The notes beneath the pieces are model-generated. The model was not told the DNA's origin. It did not search any database and saw only the letters and a program-made list of their open reading frames with translations. A stretch of DNA of 64,000 nucleotides from the NCBI GenBank assembly GCA_977016875.1, contig CDRNST010000093.1, positions 5,270,001-5,334,000 on the forward strand. The letters are read 5' to 3'. A program made the translations under genes and the position numbers. Shown piece by piece: positions 1 to 27,346 of the stretch (positions within the stretch are counted from its first letter, which is position 1; each line of letters begins with the position of its first letter). Source of the DNA: Pavona decussata. Taxonomy: Eukaryota.

Positions 1-966
1 TTGATATCACAATATTTTGACATTTCCCACAAACGTCCCTTACTTTAATCTACTGAACTGGAGTATGATATTTAGAGACATTGAATACATAATTTTACTG
101 CAAAGTGAAAGTGATTTATTCATGCCGACACTAGCATATTTGTGTCGTCGAGGGTATGTGATATTTGTTTTGTTTTTCCAATGGCCTGTCATCATACTTC
201 ATATTATATTTATTTTCCATAGTGCAAAAGTAACAGCTGTCTTCTGTACCTATGTACAAGTGTAATAGAAAATAAATTTTGAAATTGAAATTTTAAAAAT
301 GAAATTAGATTGAAGTGTCATAGTCAAGTTCAAAATGAAATAATGCTCTTAAATCTTTGAAAAGCTGTTCTCTACTTTTCCCTTCATTTTCATATTCTCT
401 AATTGAAGAAAACATCTTTTGAATAGAAAACAGGAGGTTAAAATATAACAATAGTGGAAAGTTGTCATAGGAATTAGTGTGGTTTAGAAGGAATTTTTGA
501 CTAGTGCTATTCATTTAATTGTGAGTAAATTTTTAGTACTTGTCTGCTGAGTACTGATTAATATGTTGCTCACTGCAACCTAGATCTTTATATCTTCCAG
601 AAAAATGTAATCTTTGAGTGATAGTAATAAGTTTTTATTAGTTGGCGTGTTCCACATCTGCCTTTTAATAAATTGAGATTCACAGAAAAAGGGACAACCT
701 ACTGTAGCCTGTTAAAAGCACTTTTTTTATTCATTTTCATTTAAATAAGTCTTTGGGGAGAGTTGCATCTATTGACCTGTTGATCTCATGCCTGTATCGT
801 TTCTGTTGGGCACCGTCCGTTCTTGTCCAGGCCGTATCTCATGGAGATGTTAAATTGTGTGTCAGAATTGTTTTATTTGCCTGATCAAATCTTCATGCTG
901 TTCTCATTTGAAAATTGAAAACAAAACTCCTTATCAATTTTTCTTCCCTACATTTGAGCCACTAAA

Positions 967-1201
967 AGTGTCAAATTCCGCTTCTGGTTGGTTACAATAC
1001 TACAAGAATACTAGTCGTAAGATTTTTTAATTTCTCAGTTGTTTTTCGTATGCAGAGGAATAAAACTGTGCGGATGAAAATGTGAATGGGATTGTTGAAT
1101 ATTCAGAATGAAAAAACTGAGAAAAGAGAAACTTTGACGTCACAGCCCCTGTCTCCCATCTTGCTTGGTATTGTACCCAACCAGAAGGGAAATTTGACAC
1201 T
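967..1201. mobile_element. MITE-like inverted-repeat element in JPT-like intron
   Basis: AGTGTCAAATTCCGCTTCTGGTTGG at 967 pairs imperfectly with CCAACCAGAAGGGAAATTTGACACT ending 1201; inner TTTCTCAG/CTGAGAAA arms also pair. Confidence 0.6.
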
Positions 1202-1326
1202 GTTATACACCTAAGTAATTTTTCTAATTTTCATATGAGAACAACAAGAACATGTGATCAATCAAGGAAATCTCATCTGTCATATACACTTCAATGAAGA
1301 TGACTTATTTTGTATGTCTGTTGCAG

Positions 1327-1786
1327 AGTGCTGGCACCTCCTGGAGGCAAAACTTCAATCAGTTTGTTTGGCAATGAATCCAACCCTCAGCCAGAGCCTA
1401 CAAGGAGAGAAGTGAACCAGTGCCAAGTTGCACGAAACAGATCTAATGTTTTTGCCTCTGATGCCCCTGCTCCAGAACCAGGTGCTACCCACCATAAAGA
1501 AAGCCAACAAAGACGACAACAGTCCAGTGTGTTTGGCGAGCCAACCCAGCCTGTGCCAAAACCTTCCTTTGAGCCTGAACCAAGGAAGCCACATGTAGTT
1601 AACCCTCATCAAGAAGCTCGGCAAAAGTCACATGTGTTTGAGGAACCAACAGCACCAGCTAAACCACCTCCACGAAGAGGAGATGATATCATCACTGGCC
1701 ATGGCTCAAGTGCAGAGGACAAATCTCACACGTCTGTTAAAGTCCGTGCACCGCCTGGTGGAGTTTCACACATCTCATTTGGATAG
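1327..1786 (+). CDS. Jupiter/HN1 (JPT1/JPT2-like) microtubule-associated protein, terminal coding exon; upstream exon(s) not identified, probably left of the window
   Basis: Acceptor ttgcag|A at 1326/1327 (phase 2); N-terminal RVLAPPGGKTSISLFG and C-terminal RAPPGGVSHISFG* match the two PPGG motifs of the HN1/Jupiter family; TAG 1784-1786. Confidence 0.85.
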
Positions 1787-4611
1787 ATTTTTTGTTGAAT
1801 ATGAAACTGATTTTTTTTAACTTCACTCTTAATAATATTGGTAGCCTTATTTGGTTTATTTGCCCAATATGACCAGTTTACTTCAAGGTTAAACTTGTAG
1901 CATGTATCCTATACAGTGAATCTTTTGAGAAACTAAAACCCCCAGGATATGGAAAAGAACTGATTGAAGCAGGATTTTGTAAAGATGGTTACCTAATAGA
2001 GTAGTCACCTGGATAGATTGAACTGTATCATCATTCTCTGTGCAATACAACCCTCCAAATAGTAAGCGTTTTGGGTGCTATGACAACTAAAATTTAGGTA
2101 ATGACAACCTCAGCCAAGAATTATCCACCTTACAACTAAACCTGAAGACTCAGTGGCCAATGGGCCACCAAAGATAATATTTAACTCGGAGGGTTGGATT
2201 GCAATTCAAAGACTACCACTGGCTCAATAAATTAGTGTTGTCGATCTCACAATTTTAAGCCTATATGAGAACAGGCAACAGCCCTTGTGACATGGGCTCT
2301 TTAAGAACATGATTCATCTAAGTCAATGCTCCCTTATTCACACAGAAAAGATAATAATAAGGCCATCTACCATTGGTATGTTTTATTTTTTCATTCTGTC
2401 ACAAGACCACATTTTGTCAGATTCACAACTTTCCATACAGACCACCATTTGGTCTTGGCTCATAATGTTCCTTGAAATAGCTGGATTTCAGAATATATTT
2501 TTACTTTCACCAAGCAAAACATCATCAGTGCACATTAATGACCAAAGTTTGACAATTTAGGGTTTTTTTATTACCATTTTTGTTTTTTCTACACCTGTAC
2601 ATGACTGGTAAAAAAAGCTAATTATTTTACATTGTTACCCTTTTTGTGTGTGGGTTGATTGGAAGACACACGTCCAGAAAATGCTCTTTTGAATGTTGTT
2701 TTGTAGTATTTAATCCTGGAATAGTATCTATCAGCTTTCCAATGCCTGTGACCTTAACTAAATGCTCCAAGTGGTAAAACAAGATTCAGCTAAGTAATAT
2801 AAATAACAATTTTAGTTGTGCCTTGCCATGTTTAATTCCTGTCAGACTAACTTACAAATGCAAGCTTGCAGTAACTTATACAGATTTTGAATTTTAAGGG
2901 AAGAAATTATCTTGTACATGTCCCTCACAGCCCCTGTGTAGTAGTGTTTATATTATTTTAATACCATATAAGTTAACACTATTTTAAGTACCCAGTATAT
3001 TATAGCAAAAGTGTATTCTTATGTGTTTGTTATTTAGAATGTAGACTGTCAATCCTGCCGTTATTTCCCCCATTAAGCGATTGCCCCCCCCTCTGTTAGG
3101 AAACTTTTCAAAATATTGTTCACCTCCCCACTATAATAGCCTACCTTGATGAATAATCTTACCCCATTTTAACCATATTTAACAAATAATCTCCCCAAGC
3201 TATTAATGGATTAAGTAAATGTATGTTAAAAGTGTATAATTATCTATTTTGCTGCGTAAGATATCCACAGTAGAATCACAATAACTTGAACTGTCAAGGG
3301 ATACAAATCTGTTTGGGATGTTGTAAGTTGGAGGTTTTTTTTAAGGTTAAATTCTACGATAGAGCAATGCTGCGGTAAATGCATCTGGTCTTGTAAGGGG
3401 GGGGGGGGGGAATAAGGATACCGATACTCTATAAAGTTTGATATGGTGAGGGTACACCTAGAGGTTAACCCCCTTAACCATTTCACAAACCAACTTCTAC
3501 CAAAATGGTAGCATTTTTACCCCTTACCGCCTCTTCATGCAATTTCTGCCAAGAGTTCCCAGTTCTTGGTACCCTTTCTAATATTTGGATTTAACTGTTA
3601 CCCTTTTAAAGGTTCATAGTCTTGTTTTGCTACTCTTCCAAATTACCCTTTAATAACATACTATACTATGAAGATGAAAAATGTGGCCCTTTTTTAGGTG
3701 GAGCCTACCCCTTCCCCCACTTCTCTGGGAATTTGGTTTAGAAAGATGTTAGAGTTATTGGGATTCTACTGAAGATAATAGATTAATAGCGATAGCCTTA
3801 TCAGGTGCTGTTTGTATATCTTTGCTGGCAGCACAATGGATGTAATTGATCACTGGTTCTTTTGTTTTCATTTTTCCCTGGTTGAAGGCAAACAATAATA
3901 TTCTCCCATGTAGCATACCCCAAGTTAGACATTGTTAGTATTTTAGGGTGTAAAATTGTGCAGGGATCTGCTCGTCGTATTCTACAATACACTGTACTTT
4001 GCTTGTGTGTTAATAAAATTAGTGGTGTCCTGTGAAGTCCTCTTCTCTTATTTTAAATTATCAATTCAAAGAAAAATCTGAAAAGCTCAGGATGTTTCTA
4101 GGTTCAATTTATTTCAAGCTGCAAAATGTGCTCATTTCATAGGCAATGAAAATTGCGAGAAGCAAATATGCTTTTAAAGGTTACCACAGAACTGCAGTGA
4201 ACCAGCATTAAAAGAGTGAATTTCATTTAGGAATTCCTTTCTTTTGTACTTTAACTTAGTGTAGTGTAATAAATGATAGGTACTAACTGACATGTGTCTT
4301 TTTTTATTTAACCTCTAAAAATTGTTGAAACAAATACCAAATTAAAAAATAAAAAACAAAAACAATACCAAATGTCAACTCTTCATAAAAAAGAACCCTT
4401 GCTAGAACAAGGCAAAACAATAGTTATTTCAACTGACATAAACATCTTGGTGACCACCATTTGTGTACGTAATGGTGGCAGTTGGTTGTTCTTTATCAGG
4501 ACTTCCACTCCCGTGTGAAGTAAGAAGTTGCCATAAAAGTAAGGTGTCGGCTAAGTGGGAGTTGACTGTAAGTAAACTGGAGATCGAACTGAAAAACATC
4601 AGACTTTCCAA

Positions 4612-4807
4612 TGTTAGTGTTCCAAAAATCAGTTTCTTTTTTCTATCCATTCTTAAAACCTCTTCAAATTTCACTCAAATTCAGGTAGAGCCCCACCTTA
4701 ATTGGAGAGTTCAGTAATTAAGGCGGGGGTACACCTGAATTTGAGTGAAATTTGAAGAGGTTTTAAGAATGGATAGAAGAAAGAAAATGATTTTTGGAAC
4801 ACTAACA
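4612..4807. repeat. ~200 bp palindrome formed by two head-to-head ends of the same MITE family
   Basis: 4612-4700 is the near reverse complement of 4718-4807. Confidence 0.8.
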
Positions 4808-5134
4808 GACAGTTGATACCCACGCAAGAGCACCCCGGGTTTCTAGTGGACTAACTTGGTATCCGTCTATTAATTATTAACCACAAATTCTAATTTTAAA
4901 ACTTCACTAAATCTTCAATATTTCTTATTTCTCTTAATTTTACTACTCTTTTGAGAAAAACTATCTCCTCCCAAATATGCCTACAAATCACCCAAAAATT
5001 TACAAAACACCCCAAATCATTGATTTGTGTAATGAGCATAGGGTTTTTGTATTGCTTGAAACGCGAACGAGATATTTCGGTCCGTTGAACCGAGTTTAAG
5101 CGGCGTGAAAACGGTTTTCAGGTGTACCCCCGCC
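4722..5134. mobile_element. Non-autonomous DNA transposon with TTAA target duplication (Kolobok/piggyBac-type)
   Basis: TTAA|GGCGGGGGTACACCTGA ... TCAGGTGTACCCCCGCC|TTAA; TTAA at 4718-4721 and 5135-5138. Confidence 0.8.
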
Positions 5135-5816
5135 TTAAGACGAACATTTTCAAGAAAATCATTGATGTAATCGACATCAACCTGAAAGATGTCAAGAAAT
5201 CCACGAGGTCAAGACTTCTGTCAGAGTCCAAGTAAATTCCACTTAAATGTTAAGAAAGCTATGTTCTTGTCCCCCTTTAAGGTAGCTGTAGCTTTAGTCA
5301 AGCGAAGTTTTTGTTGTCAATACTTGTGAATGGAAATTGAGTCAGACACGCTCTCTTATAAATGCTCCTCTCCCCCAATCAAATTAGATAATTCATTCAG
5401 TTATTTGGTCCACCCTCCCCCCCCCTCCCCCCCCGCCCGCCCCAATGCCGCAAATCAGCCAGGAGCTTGTGAGAGGCTCTGCCTTGGACTTTACAACCCA
5501 CCCCCTCCCCAATATTTGAAGAATACCCTACTCCTAAGTTCAGGGGTTAGTGAGTCAGACCATTCCCTTCTTTGCATGTGTAGTTGGCGTGAAAAATTAG
5601 GATCGAGGGGCAACACAGGTACAGACGTCCACGTGCACAGGCTCCAGAAACTGACCGAAGAGAACCTGGAAACTACATTGCTGCTACAGGCTGCAGAGGC
5701 TTGTGGGATCGGAATACCGCTTAGTATCCACGCCATGTTTCCAAACAGATTTTGAAAATTTTCCAAGCTTTCATTTGGAATTCTCTATCATGCCGACGAA
5801 TCATTTCATCTAGGCA

Positions 5817-19831
<14,015 letters not shown>

Positions 19832-20466
19832 CGACAGAAGATGTGGGTGTTGAACGCACAGACTGGCTGTTGTGGATAGCATGTTGATAAAACTGTGTCA
19901 ATGCTGTTAATATGTGGAGTTGTAAAGAAGCAACACCTCTTATCCCCACAAGACCATTGCCCATTGGTCCATTCCATTTTCTAGGGCATGCTAGACTGAA
20001 TAGCCCTTCTTTTGTGCGTGGGAGAGTTCTTTGTCTCACTTAAGATGAAGTTCTTTGAGATGTAAATATTCTGCCTAATGTTTTATCCAGTTGAGGACAG
20101 GCACATATTTATAACACAAAACTGTACCAAGAATTATTCCTCACCAGTAAAGTGATGGCATTTTCGGGGTAAATGCTAAACTGAGTGGGAGGGATGGGGT
20201 GGGGTGAAGTGGGGTGGGGTTGAGGGCTTATTTTCCAAAGCCTGGAATGAAAGACTTGTGGACGTTTGTGTTACTCATTGGTCAATCAGGAAAGCATAGA
20301 TTATTTTATTTCAAAGTAACATGTTAATTGTGCAACATCCAATCAGTTGTAAGATCAATGCATGCTTGGAATTTATTCATCTTGTATCTGATTGGCTGAA
20401 AAGACAATAAACATCTGCGAAAGAATTCTGGAATTCATGCTTTCCAAGGCCTGTTTTAAACTGTTT

Positions 20467-20877
20467 GGGCCAGTTCAGATGCTGTACTTCACATGAGCCA
20501 AATCAAATTTAATTAATTAAGTCCATGTGAAGTATAGCATCTGAATCAATTCAGAATGGCCAATCTAATTCAGATCAGCTCAGCTGTTTTCCCTGCCTGG
20601 CTTAGCTGGGAATAAGAGCTGTGGACTGGATTTGATTTAGACACCGTACTTCAGATGAGCCAAATCACATGCATAAATTATTAAACGTATTTTTCCAGCA
20701 GTTTTTCCCTGAAAGCATGTACAGAAGAGTGTTGAGGGAGATGAACATGGCGGCCTGAATTCATTTCAGCTGAATTAAGTTTGGCATCTGAATCATTTCA
20801 GCCAGGCTAAATTATTTGGGTCTGTCTAAATACGAATTCAATTCAGCTCATGTGAAGGACAGTGTCTGGACTGGGCC
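20467..20877. mobile_element. MITE in probable TMEM185 3' UTR; same family as 54676-55057
   Basis: GGCCAGTTCAGATGCTGTACTTCACATGAG ... CTCATGTGAAGGACAGTGTCTGGACTGGGCC; internal subrepeats collinear with the 54.7-55.06 kb copy. Confidence 0.65.
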
Positions 20878-21938
20878 TGCCTCTCATAAGCCATACTTAC
20901 TGATACAGACATGAGTTTAAAAAAAAATCTTAAGGGATATGACACTGGAATGATTATGTCACTTGGTAAAACACATATTAAGCCGAGGGCTACATATATT
21001 TGAAAGAGGCCCAAACGACACAATAAATTTCCTTGCATATACCATACCAGATCCTTACAGCAAATCTTGTCAATACAAAAACAATGAAATTATCAGAATA
21101 GTTAATATTTAAGTATTACAGACGTAAAGCATAAATGTAAAATAACTCATGCTGGCAGCCGAGAATATTCGCTGTTGTGTTTTTCATGTGTTTAATCACA
21201 AACTTTATGTTCAAATCTTATTTTCCAGAACAGAAAGCTATTTTATTGCAATGGTTTCTTAAAAACTTGTATAATAAAGTTATCTAAAATGAACTGTGAA
21301 TGCTAAACTGTTTTAATGCCTATAACAAGAACATCATGGTAGTTATGGGGTTCTTGATCATATTACATTTTTGATGCAATATACAAGGAAGAGTGTTTCA
21401 TCTTATTTCCAAACACCAAGAAATGGGTTGAAAAAAGCTTGGAAATTGGATGAAACACTCTTTTGAGTGTTTGATAGAGCTTCTCAAACCATTGATAATT
21501 TTTGGAGAAATTCAAAGCAAAAGTTCACGAAATTTTACAATTATAATAAAGATCACAATAATTCCAAACCTCCTTCATGGCAGTAATTTCCTTTGTTTTA
21601 TCTCTATGAATAATTTATTAAACAAGATGCCTATACTGGCATTTACGTGTGATGCCCCTTGATTCTTATAATTGTATGCTTCGCAGACTATCCTAGCTAA
21701 TGGAATATTTTGAGTCACAAAGATAGCGTTATGTTGTTTCCCTTGTGTTACGCGTCTTATCGTTATACCAGAATTTCTATTACAATAACGTGGCCTGACT
21801 CACGTTTCTGGTTATGTAAATAAAAGTGTAAGATTACAAATTGTTTTCGTTTCATCAAAAAAAAAAAAAACAGAGAGAAAACAGGCAAAAAGCTTTCCTA
21901 AATGAAAACTTTTAGTACAAATGGACAATCAACCCTTT

Positions 21939-22689
21939 CAGGCCCGTAGCAAGGCTAAAACAAGTGGAGGGGCCGAGCAAAAACTGGTTAAACAAAACTA
22001 CTCTCCCCCTGCCCCCTCCCTTCCCCCCGGCCGGTCACTCAAAAAACAGACCGATCAGGCAGTTTAAAATGTAACAAGAACATCAAAAAAGCAGTAGATT
22101 TAGTAAGTAAAACAATAACTTTGCACCTGCATTACACTTTTTGGTACAGTTCTTTGCCGTTTCTTTTACGCAGACTACCACATGAAATTTCCTAATTTCA
22201 CGTTTGAAGGAGGACATAAAACACGACTTTTAAATTTGGAATCGGGCAGTAAGAATCCAACTGCAGGATAATTTTTTTTCTCTGGCTCTTGAGAGGACAT
22301 ACTTGTGTGGCTTTTTATAATTACGTGTGAGCACTAAATTGTTATAAAATAAGGGCATTTATATTGCGGATGTCAGTTTATTTCAACAGCTTTCACGGCT
22401 TAAAATTTGTTGATTTCAATCCATTTTGGTTCTTATTTCCGATTCACAAGGTACCGTAGAAGTGCCTTTGTTGTTGTTGTATATAAAAACAAACTGTTAG
22501 CGAAGGAAACTGACAGGTACCGTAGTAAACAAATTATTGAAAACGCACTTTCAGCATCAGAGTTCAAGACTGATTGATCGGTGCACATTTATTTGTTTCA
22601 CTTATATATTTTTTACACATTGTTTTTTAACTTCCAAAAAATCAGGGGGGGCTCAAGCCCCCGCTGCCCCTCCCCCTGCTACGGGCCTG
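21939..22689. mobile_element. Non-autonomous DNA transposon with CAGG termini and 5-bp duplication (hAT5-like)
   Basis: CCTTT|CAGGCCCGTAGCA ... TGCTACGGGCCTG|CCTTT. Confidence 0.75.
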
Positions 22690-23948
22690 CCTTTAATCTT
22701 TTTGTAAAGTAGATTTCCAGTTGCGTTTAAGCATCAATATGACAAAGTGATGCGATCTGTGTTTTAGCTTAATGACCTTTCCCCCGCATATTCTGGATGG
22801 TTCTACAACTGTCAAACAGAAGCATGATTCCTTCGCCTTGAACTCTCCGATTTCCACCGTTTTTACTGTCGAGTGCTTCTTAGAAGTTATTCTTTCGATT
22901 TACCGCTTCAAAAGGGTTAATTTTCTTTTTGAAAACGGCACATTGGAATCTAAAACATTAAAACAATATGGCCACGCCACTAAAGTCAAGCCTTTTCAGT
23001 TCCACCGAGAGACCACTAGGACCTGAATAATCACAATAGTAATTAACTCCCCTCCGATCCCTCCTGACCTACACTAAGATATTGCATTCTGATTGGGCCG
23101 TTTTTGTTAAAGACAATAAGGGCAATAGGAGACAAAAAGATCCCCTCTAGGAGAAAACTGAATTTGATACATCTAAAACGAGTTAATAATTGAAAGATGC
23201 GCATTTGTGGATACAAACGGCCCCCATTTTATAACGTGGGCTGCACAGGCATCCCACGTAATAAACGAGTTTGGGAAAAAATATACAAAACAGTCCTTCC
23301 ACATTTTACAAACAATAAAATGGCCATTACACGTTTTGCAAGAAATGAAGACATTTTTGACACAAACAGGCATTACTGATTAGCTTTTTTTTGGAATGAT
23401 ATCCATTTAGCACTACCTTGTTGGTGTGGGGCAATTCCTGTTACAAAAAGCGAAGATTTTCCAACAAAGCACAAAGTAAGTAAGTTGTGAAATGCCCACA
23501 GTCATTGCTTTACGTGGACTTTGTTTCCTGGATAAAAGTTCTCCATACATGTAACAAGATTGCATGATACTTTATTTGTTCATATTTCATATTAATTTTT
23601 GTAACTTGTAAAGTACTTTCAGAAATATTCCTGAAGGCCACTTTAGTGGGTATGGTTCACCACCATATTATTACAGGAACCACGATCAGATGCTTCCTCT
23701 GAGACTCAAGGACAGGTAAGTCAGAACAAGGGAAGTCAAAATGGGTGCAAAAACACTTCTTCACTGATGTTCCTCCTGCCCACCCCAGGTGAACAGATCT
23801 GAACTTTATATCAACATGTTATTTCACTTTTGAGAGTTTACACTGTAGATTCTCTCATACGGTGTGGTGTTGTGCTCTGCACCCGAGTTGGATCATCTGC
23901 CATCATCAGTATGGGATATCGCCATGGTGATGGCTGTTGTTGAGTCAC

Positions 23949-26260
23949 CTAAACTTTCTCCATTGCTGCGGGAGGGCCAACAACTTCTTCTGAAACCATA
24001 AAATCCTCCTAAACAGAAAAAACAAAAACAAAAATCAGTACAGTTACAGAAAGTAGAGTTACTGTAGTCCTTGAATAAGTACCCAATGCACTTCAAATAA
24101 TTTTAAGATATTAGGTGGGAGGCACTTTGACAAGTGGGACACTTATCTAATTTCTCCCAAATCCTGGTTCTGTTCCTCTGGAAGTTCACAGCTTTCACGA
24201 AGAGTGCAATATTTGGGACTCAATATTATTGAAAGAACAATTATTTTGAAGACAAAAGAGCTACATGCAAAACTATACTTGTATCTGGAAAAGAAACTGG
24301 CTTCTTACATTTTAATGTCGAAAATAACTAAATAAATGATTGTAACAATATTAATTTTGTAAAAAAAGAATGTTTTAGCAACATTAAAAATGTTATGCTC
24401 ATCCTTTGCTGGGGATGTTGAGGATGAATACTTATTTGAGGATTTCCAGCATTAAAATTTCTCCTTCTCCATCAATGACTGCAGACAGGTTATGGTAAAC
24501 AAAAAGAATTTATCTTCATTCTAAAATGTTCCCATGTGTAACATGAGACTGGTTTTAAAAACTTACAAAGTTAAGAATCTATAGAGAAACATTTACAAAC
24601 AATTTAGATCTTGGAAAAGAAAGCCCAAGGGTAAATAAAACTGGTTGCTGCAAAATGACTAACCAGGTCATAAATGACTCGCACAATCAATGAACAACTT
24701 GGACAACGAGCCACGTCTTCCCCATTTTCCAACTCTTCCTGTAAATAAACAAAGAGAGAGAAATATAATTATGTCTGTCTGCTTGTAACATAAAAATAAA
24801 TAAATGTTCCCAGGGCCAGTGGGAATTTGGCAATGTTGGTTTTTGTGAAGAGAGGAAAACTTGAGTACCCGGAGAAAACCCTCGGAGCAGAGATGAGAAC
24901 CAACAACAAACTCAACCCACATATGACATCAACACCAGGTGTCGAACCAGGGCCACAATGGTGGGAGGCGAGTGCTCTCACCTCTGCACCATCCCTGCTC
25001 CCCCGTATGTAAAAAATTTCAGCATGTCATGTTATATGATGTGATATGTCATGATTTATGTACTTATTTCTAAACAATATCTACAATGGGATACATGGTT
25101 GTACCTGACTCTAATGTGCAAAGAGTATTAAAATAGAATGTTTTCAGAGTCAGAATAGAAGAAAAATTTCTTGCAAAGCATGAATCTAAATGGAGTTGAC
25201 TATTTTGAAGTCATTATTGCAACTATTAACTTCGTTATTCATTTAAATAATTAATAGTATACAATTGAAATTCAAGCTAAGTCCTTCCAATACTTAATGG
25301 TTGGTTTGCTTGGGGTCTGTCAACATATTCACTTGTTCTGTCATGCCAATCAATGACCAGCGATAGGACCAGTGTGTATATAAAAATAAATATTCATTTG
25401 TTCTCTTCTTAACGTCCCTGAATGTTTACGTCAGTACCCTATCCTTCCTAATGGCCACTTAGAATATTCAACACCCTGACCTTGTCTACAGGAACAGGGT
25501 GAAAAAGATTGCGGATCAGCAGATTTGGACAAGAAAACTGTTTGGGTGTCAGATTAAATGGATTCTTTCCAAGAATTTGAAGATCCTGCAAATGCAGCAG
25601 AATGCAGAGTGTTGCATCTTTATGTTTTATTTTATTTTATTTCATTTTTTATCAAATTCAGGATTGGTGGATTTCATCCTTCCTCCCCCCTCCCCTCCTC
25701 CCTGGGGAAAAACATGCACATGTATACTGGTGTATACACTTGTTTCATGCATTTCTTCTACTGAAGCTGGAATATTTTCATTTCGTGTTGATCAGCGAGG
25801 AATGTACGCCTCTGCCACATTAGCTCCTTAACATGTGAATATCTCCACTATTAAGGTAAAGTTTTCCGGATTCAAATAATTTACTGCCAAAACATTTGTG
25901 GATTGACGGATTTGGTCAAAGCTTTAAGCGACTGGTGGATTTATCACAGAGCCACTTAGCCGAGTAAACATACACAGTCACATACGCTGATTTATGAGTA
26001 CATTTTGCTAGTACGGCAGTAGTGCATGTATAAAATCTTTCCGAACTTAGCTTCCTAAAAATATAATATATAGATGCGCCGATCAAACTGGACCAATTCA
26101 AAACCTTAAAATCCAACCTACTGTTTCGTAAGATAAAAGTTGTTCTACCAACCTTTGTAATTTGAAACTGATCGCCACAAGGGCACGGGTAGAGATAAGT
26201 CTCAGATTCCTCGTCGTATTCAAAGTCTTCAATTTCTACTTCATCGTGAAATACAGCCAT
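23949..26260 (-). CDS. DPH3: Diphthamide biosynthesis protein 3 (CSL zinc finger), 3 exons, 80 aa
   Basis: Exons 26260-26153, 24738-24664, 24008-23949, GT-AG, phase 0; [36 protein letters not shown]|[25 protein letters not shown]|[19 protein letters not shown]. Confidence 0.96.
24810..25004 (-). mobile_element. tRNA-derived SINE-like repeat in DPH3 intron 1
   Basis: Minus strand GGGGAGCAGGGATGGTGCAGAGGTGAGAGCACTCGCCTCCCACC...GGTTCGACACC has A-box and B-box-like motifs followed by a non-tRNA body. Confidence 0.65.
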
Positions 26261-26389
26261 TACTTCCTTCCTTCCATGCGTGAGAATGGCGCAATATACT
26301 GAGCATCCAGGCCTCTCACTCGGACAACTTGGGAACTATAAAGACAGTAATCTTTTACTTCCGCTCTTCCGCCTAGGCAACTTGAATTT

Positions 26390-26852
26390 TTTTTTTTTTT
26401 TTTCCCTTTTTGTTCTTAACTGATTTTTAAAGCTAAATTCCAGGATTTATATATAAACTGGGCATGTTTAGACTAAAAATAACTATGAATCGATAAAAAA
26501 AGTAACCTGGATTCAACAATCGGCCCCCACAATAACCAAATTTGCAGGCCTGACACTACGGCAAAGGGCTTATTTATTTGGGCCAATATTTCAACTAGTA
26601 CAACTAGTCTTCTTCAGGCGCTAACTCTGAAGAAGAAGACTAGTTGTACTAGTTGAAATGTTGGCCCAAATAAATAAGCCCTTTGCCGTAGTGTCAGGCC
26701 TGCAAATTTGGTTATTGTGGGGGCCGATTGTTGAATCCAGGTTACTTTTTTTATCGATTCATAGTTATTTTTAGCCTAAACATGCCCAGCTTATATATAA
26801 ATCCTGGAATTTAGCTTTAAAAATCAGTTAAAAACAAAAAGGAAAAAAAAAA
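26390..26852. repeat. Near-perfect ~460 bp palindrome, Penelope-like inverted terminal structure
   Basis: Arms ~26390-26617 and ~26628-26852 are reverse complements with a few mismatches and a ~10 nt loop; a partial third copy follows at ~26855-26890. Confidence 0.85.
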
Positions 26853-27346
26853 TACCGTAGTGTCAGCCCTGCAATCCGTTTGGTTTATTTACATGAAAGT
26901 GACACCTGGCACGTGCTTTTTTACTACAAGGGATCCGGGAACGGAATGTATTCAGAACAGTTTATTTTGCGTCGTGTAGTCTCCTGCATCCAAAAGTTTC
27001 CTATAATAACCTTGTCCCCTTATCGGGCCATGAAGTAATTTTTCTTTGATTGTTCGTATATTTTTGGTACAAGCTTGCCAGGAGCGAATTAGGTACCTGA
27101 TTCGCTCCTGACATTGCCCAATACATTCAATGAGGAGTTTAAAATTCAAGATTTAATTGACTAAAGCTTATAAGTTTTTGGAGTGGCTCCCAATGGATCA
27201 CTGCCCCACCTACTTCAGCTCATGAAGGCACGCAATCACGTTAATTTTATCGAAATTATCCATCTACATCTACAAGGATAATTTGCGACGGGATAAACCT
27301 ATCATCGCAAATATAAGGAAAAACAGAGGTGAAACAGTTCAGTATA

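Noticed and set aside
5330-5766. 141-aa and 91-aa ORFs upstream of TMEM185
   Set aside because: Low-complexity C-tract translations in a probable promoter/5' UTR; no family resemblance
21819-21870. Processed pseudogene tail (AATAAA followed by an A run)
   Set aside because: No upstream coding remnant or target duplication; more likely a TMEM185 3' end signal beside a genomic A-tract
24930-25004. tRNA gene
   Set aside because: Has A/B-box-like motifs but no convincing cloverleaf, and continues into a SINE-like body
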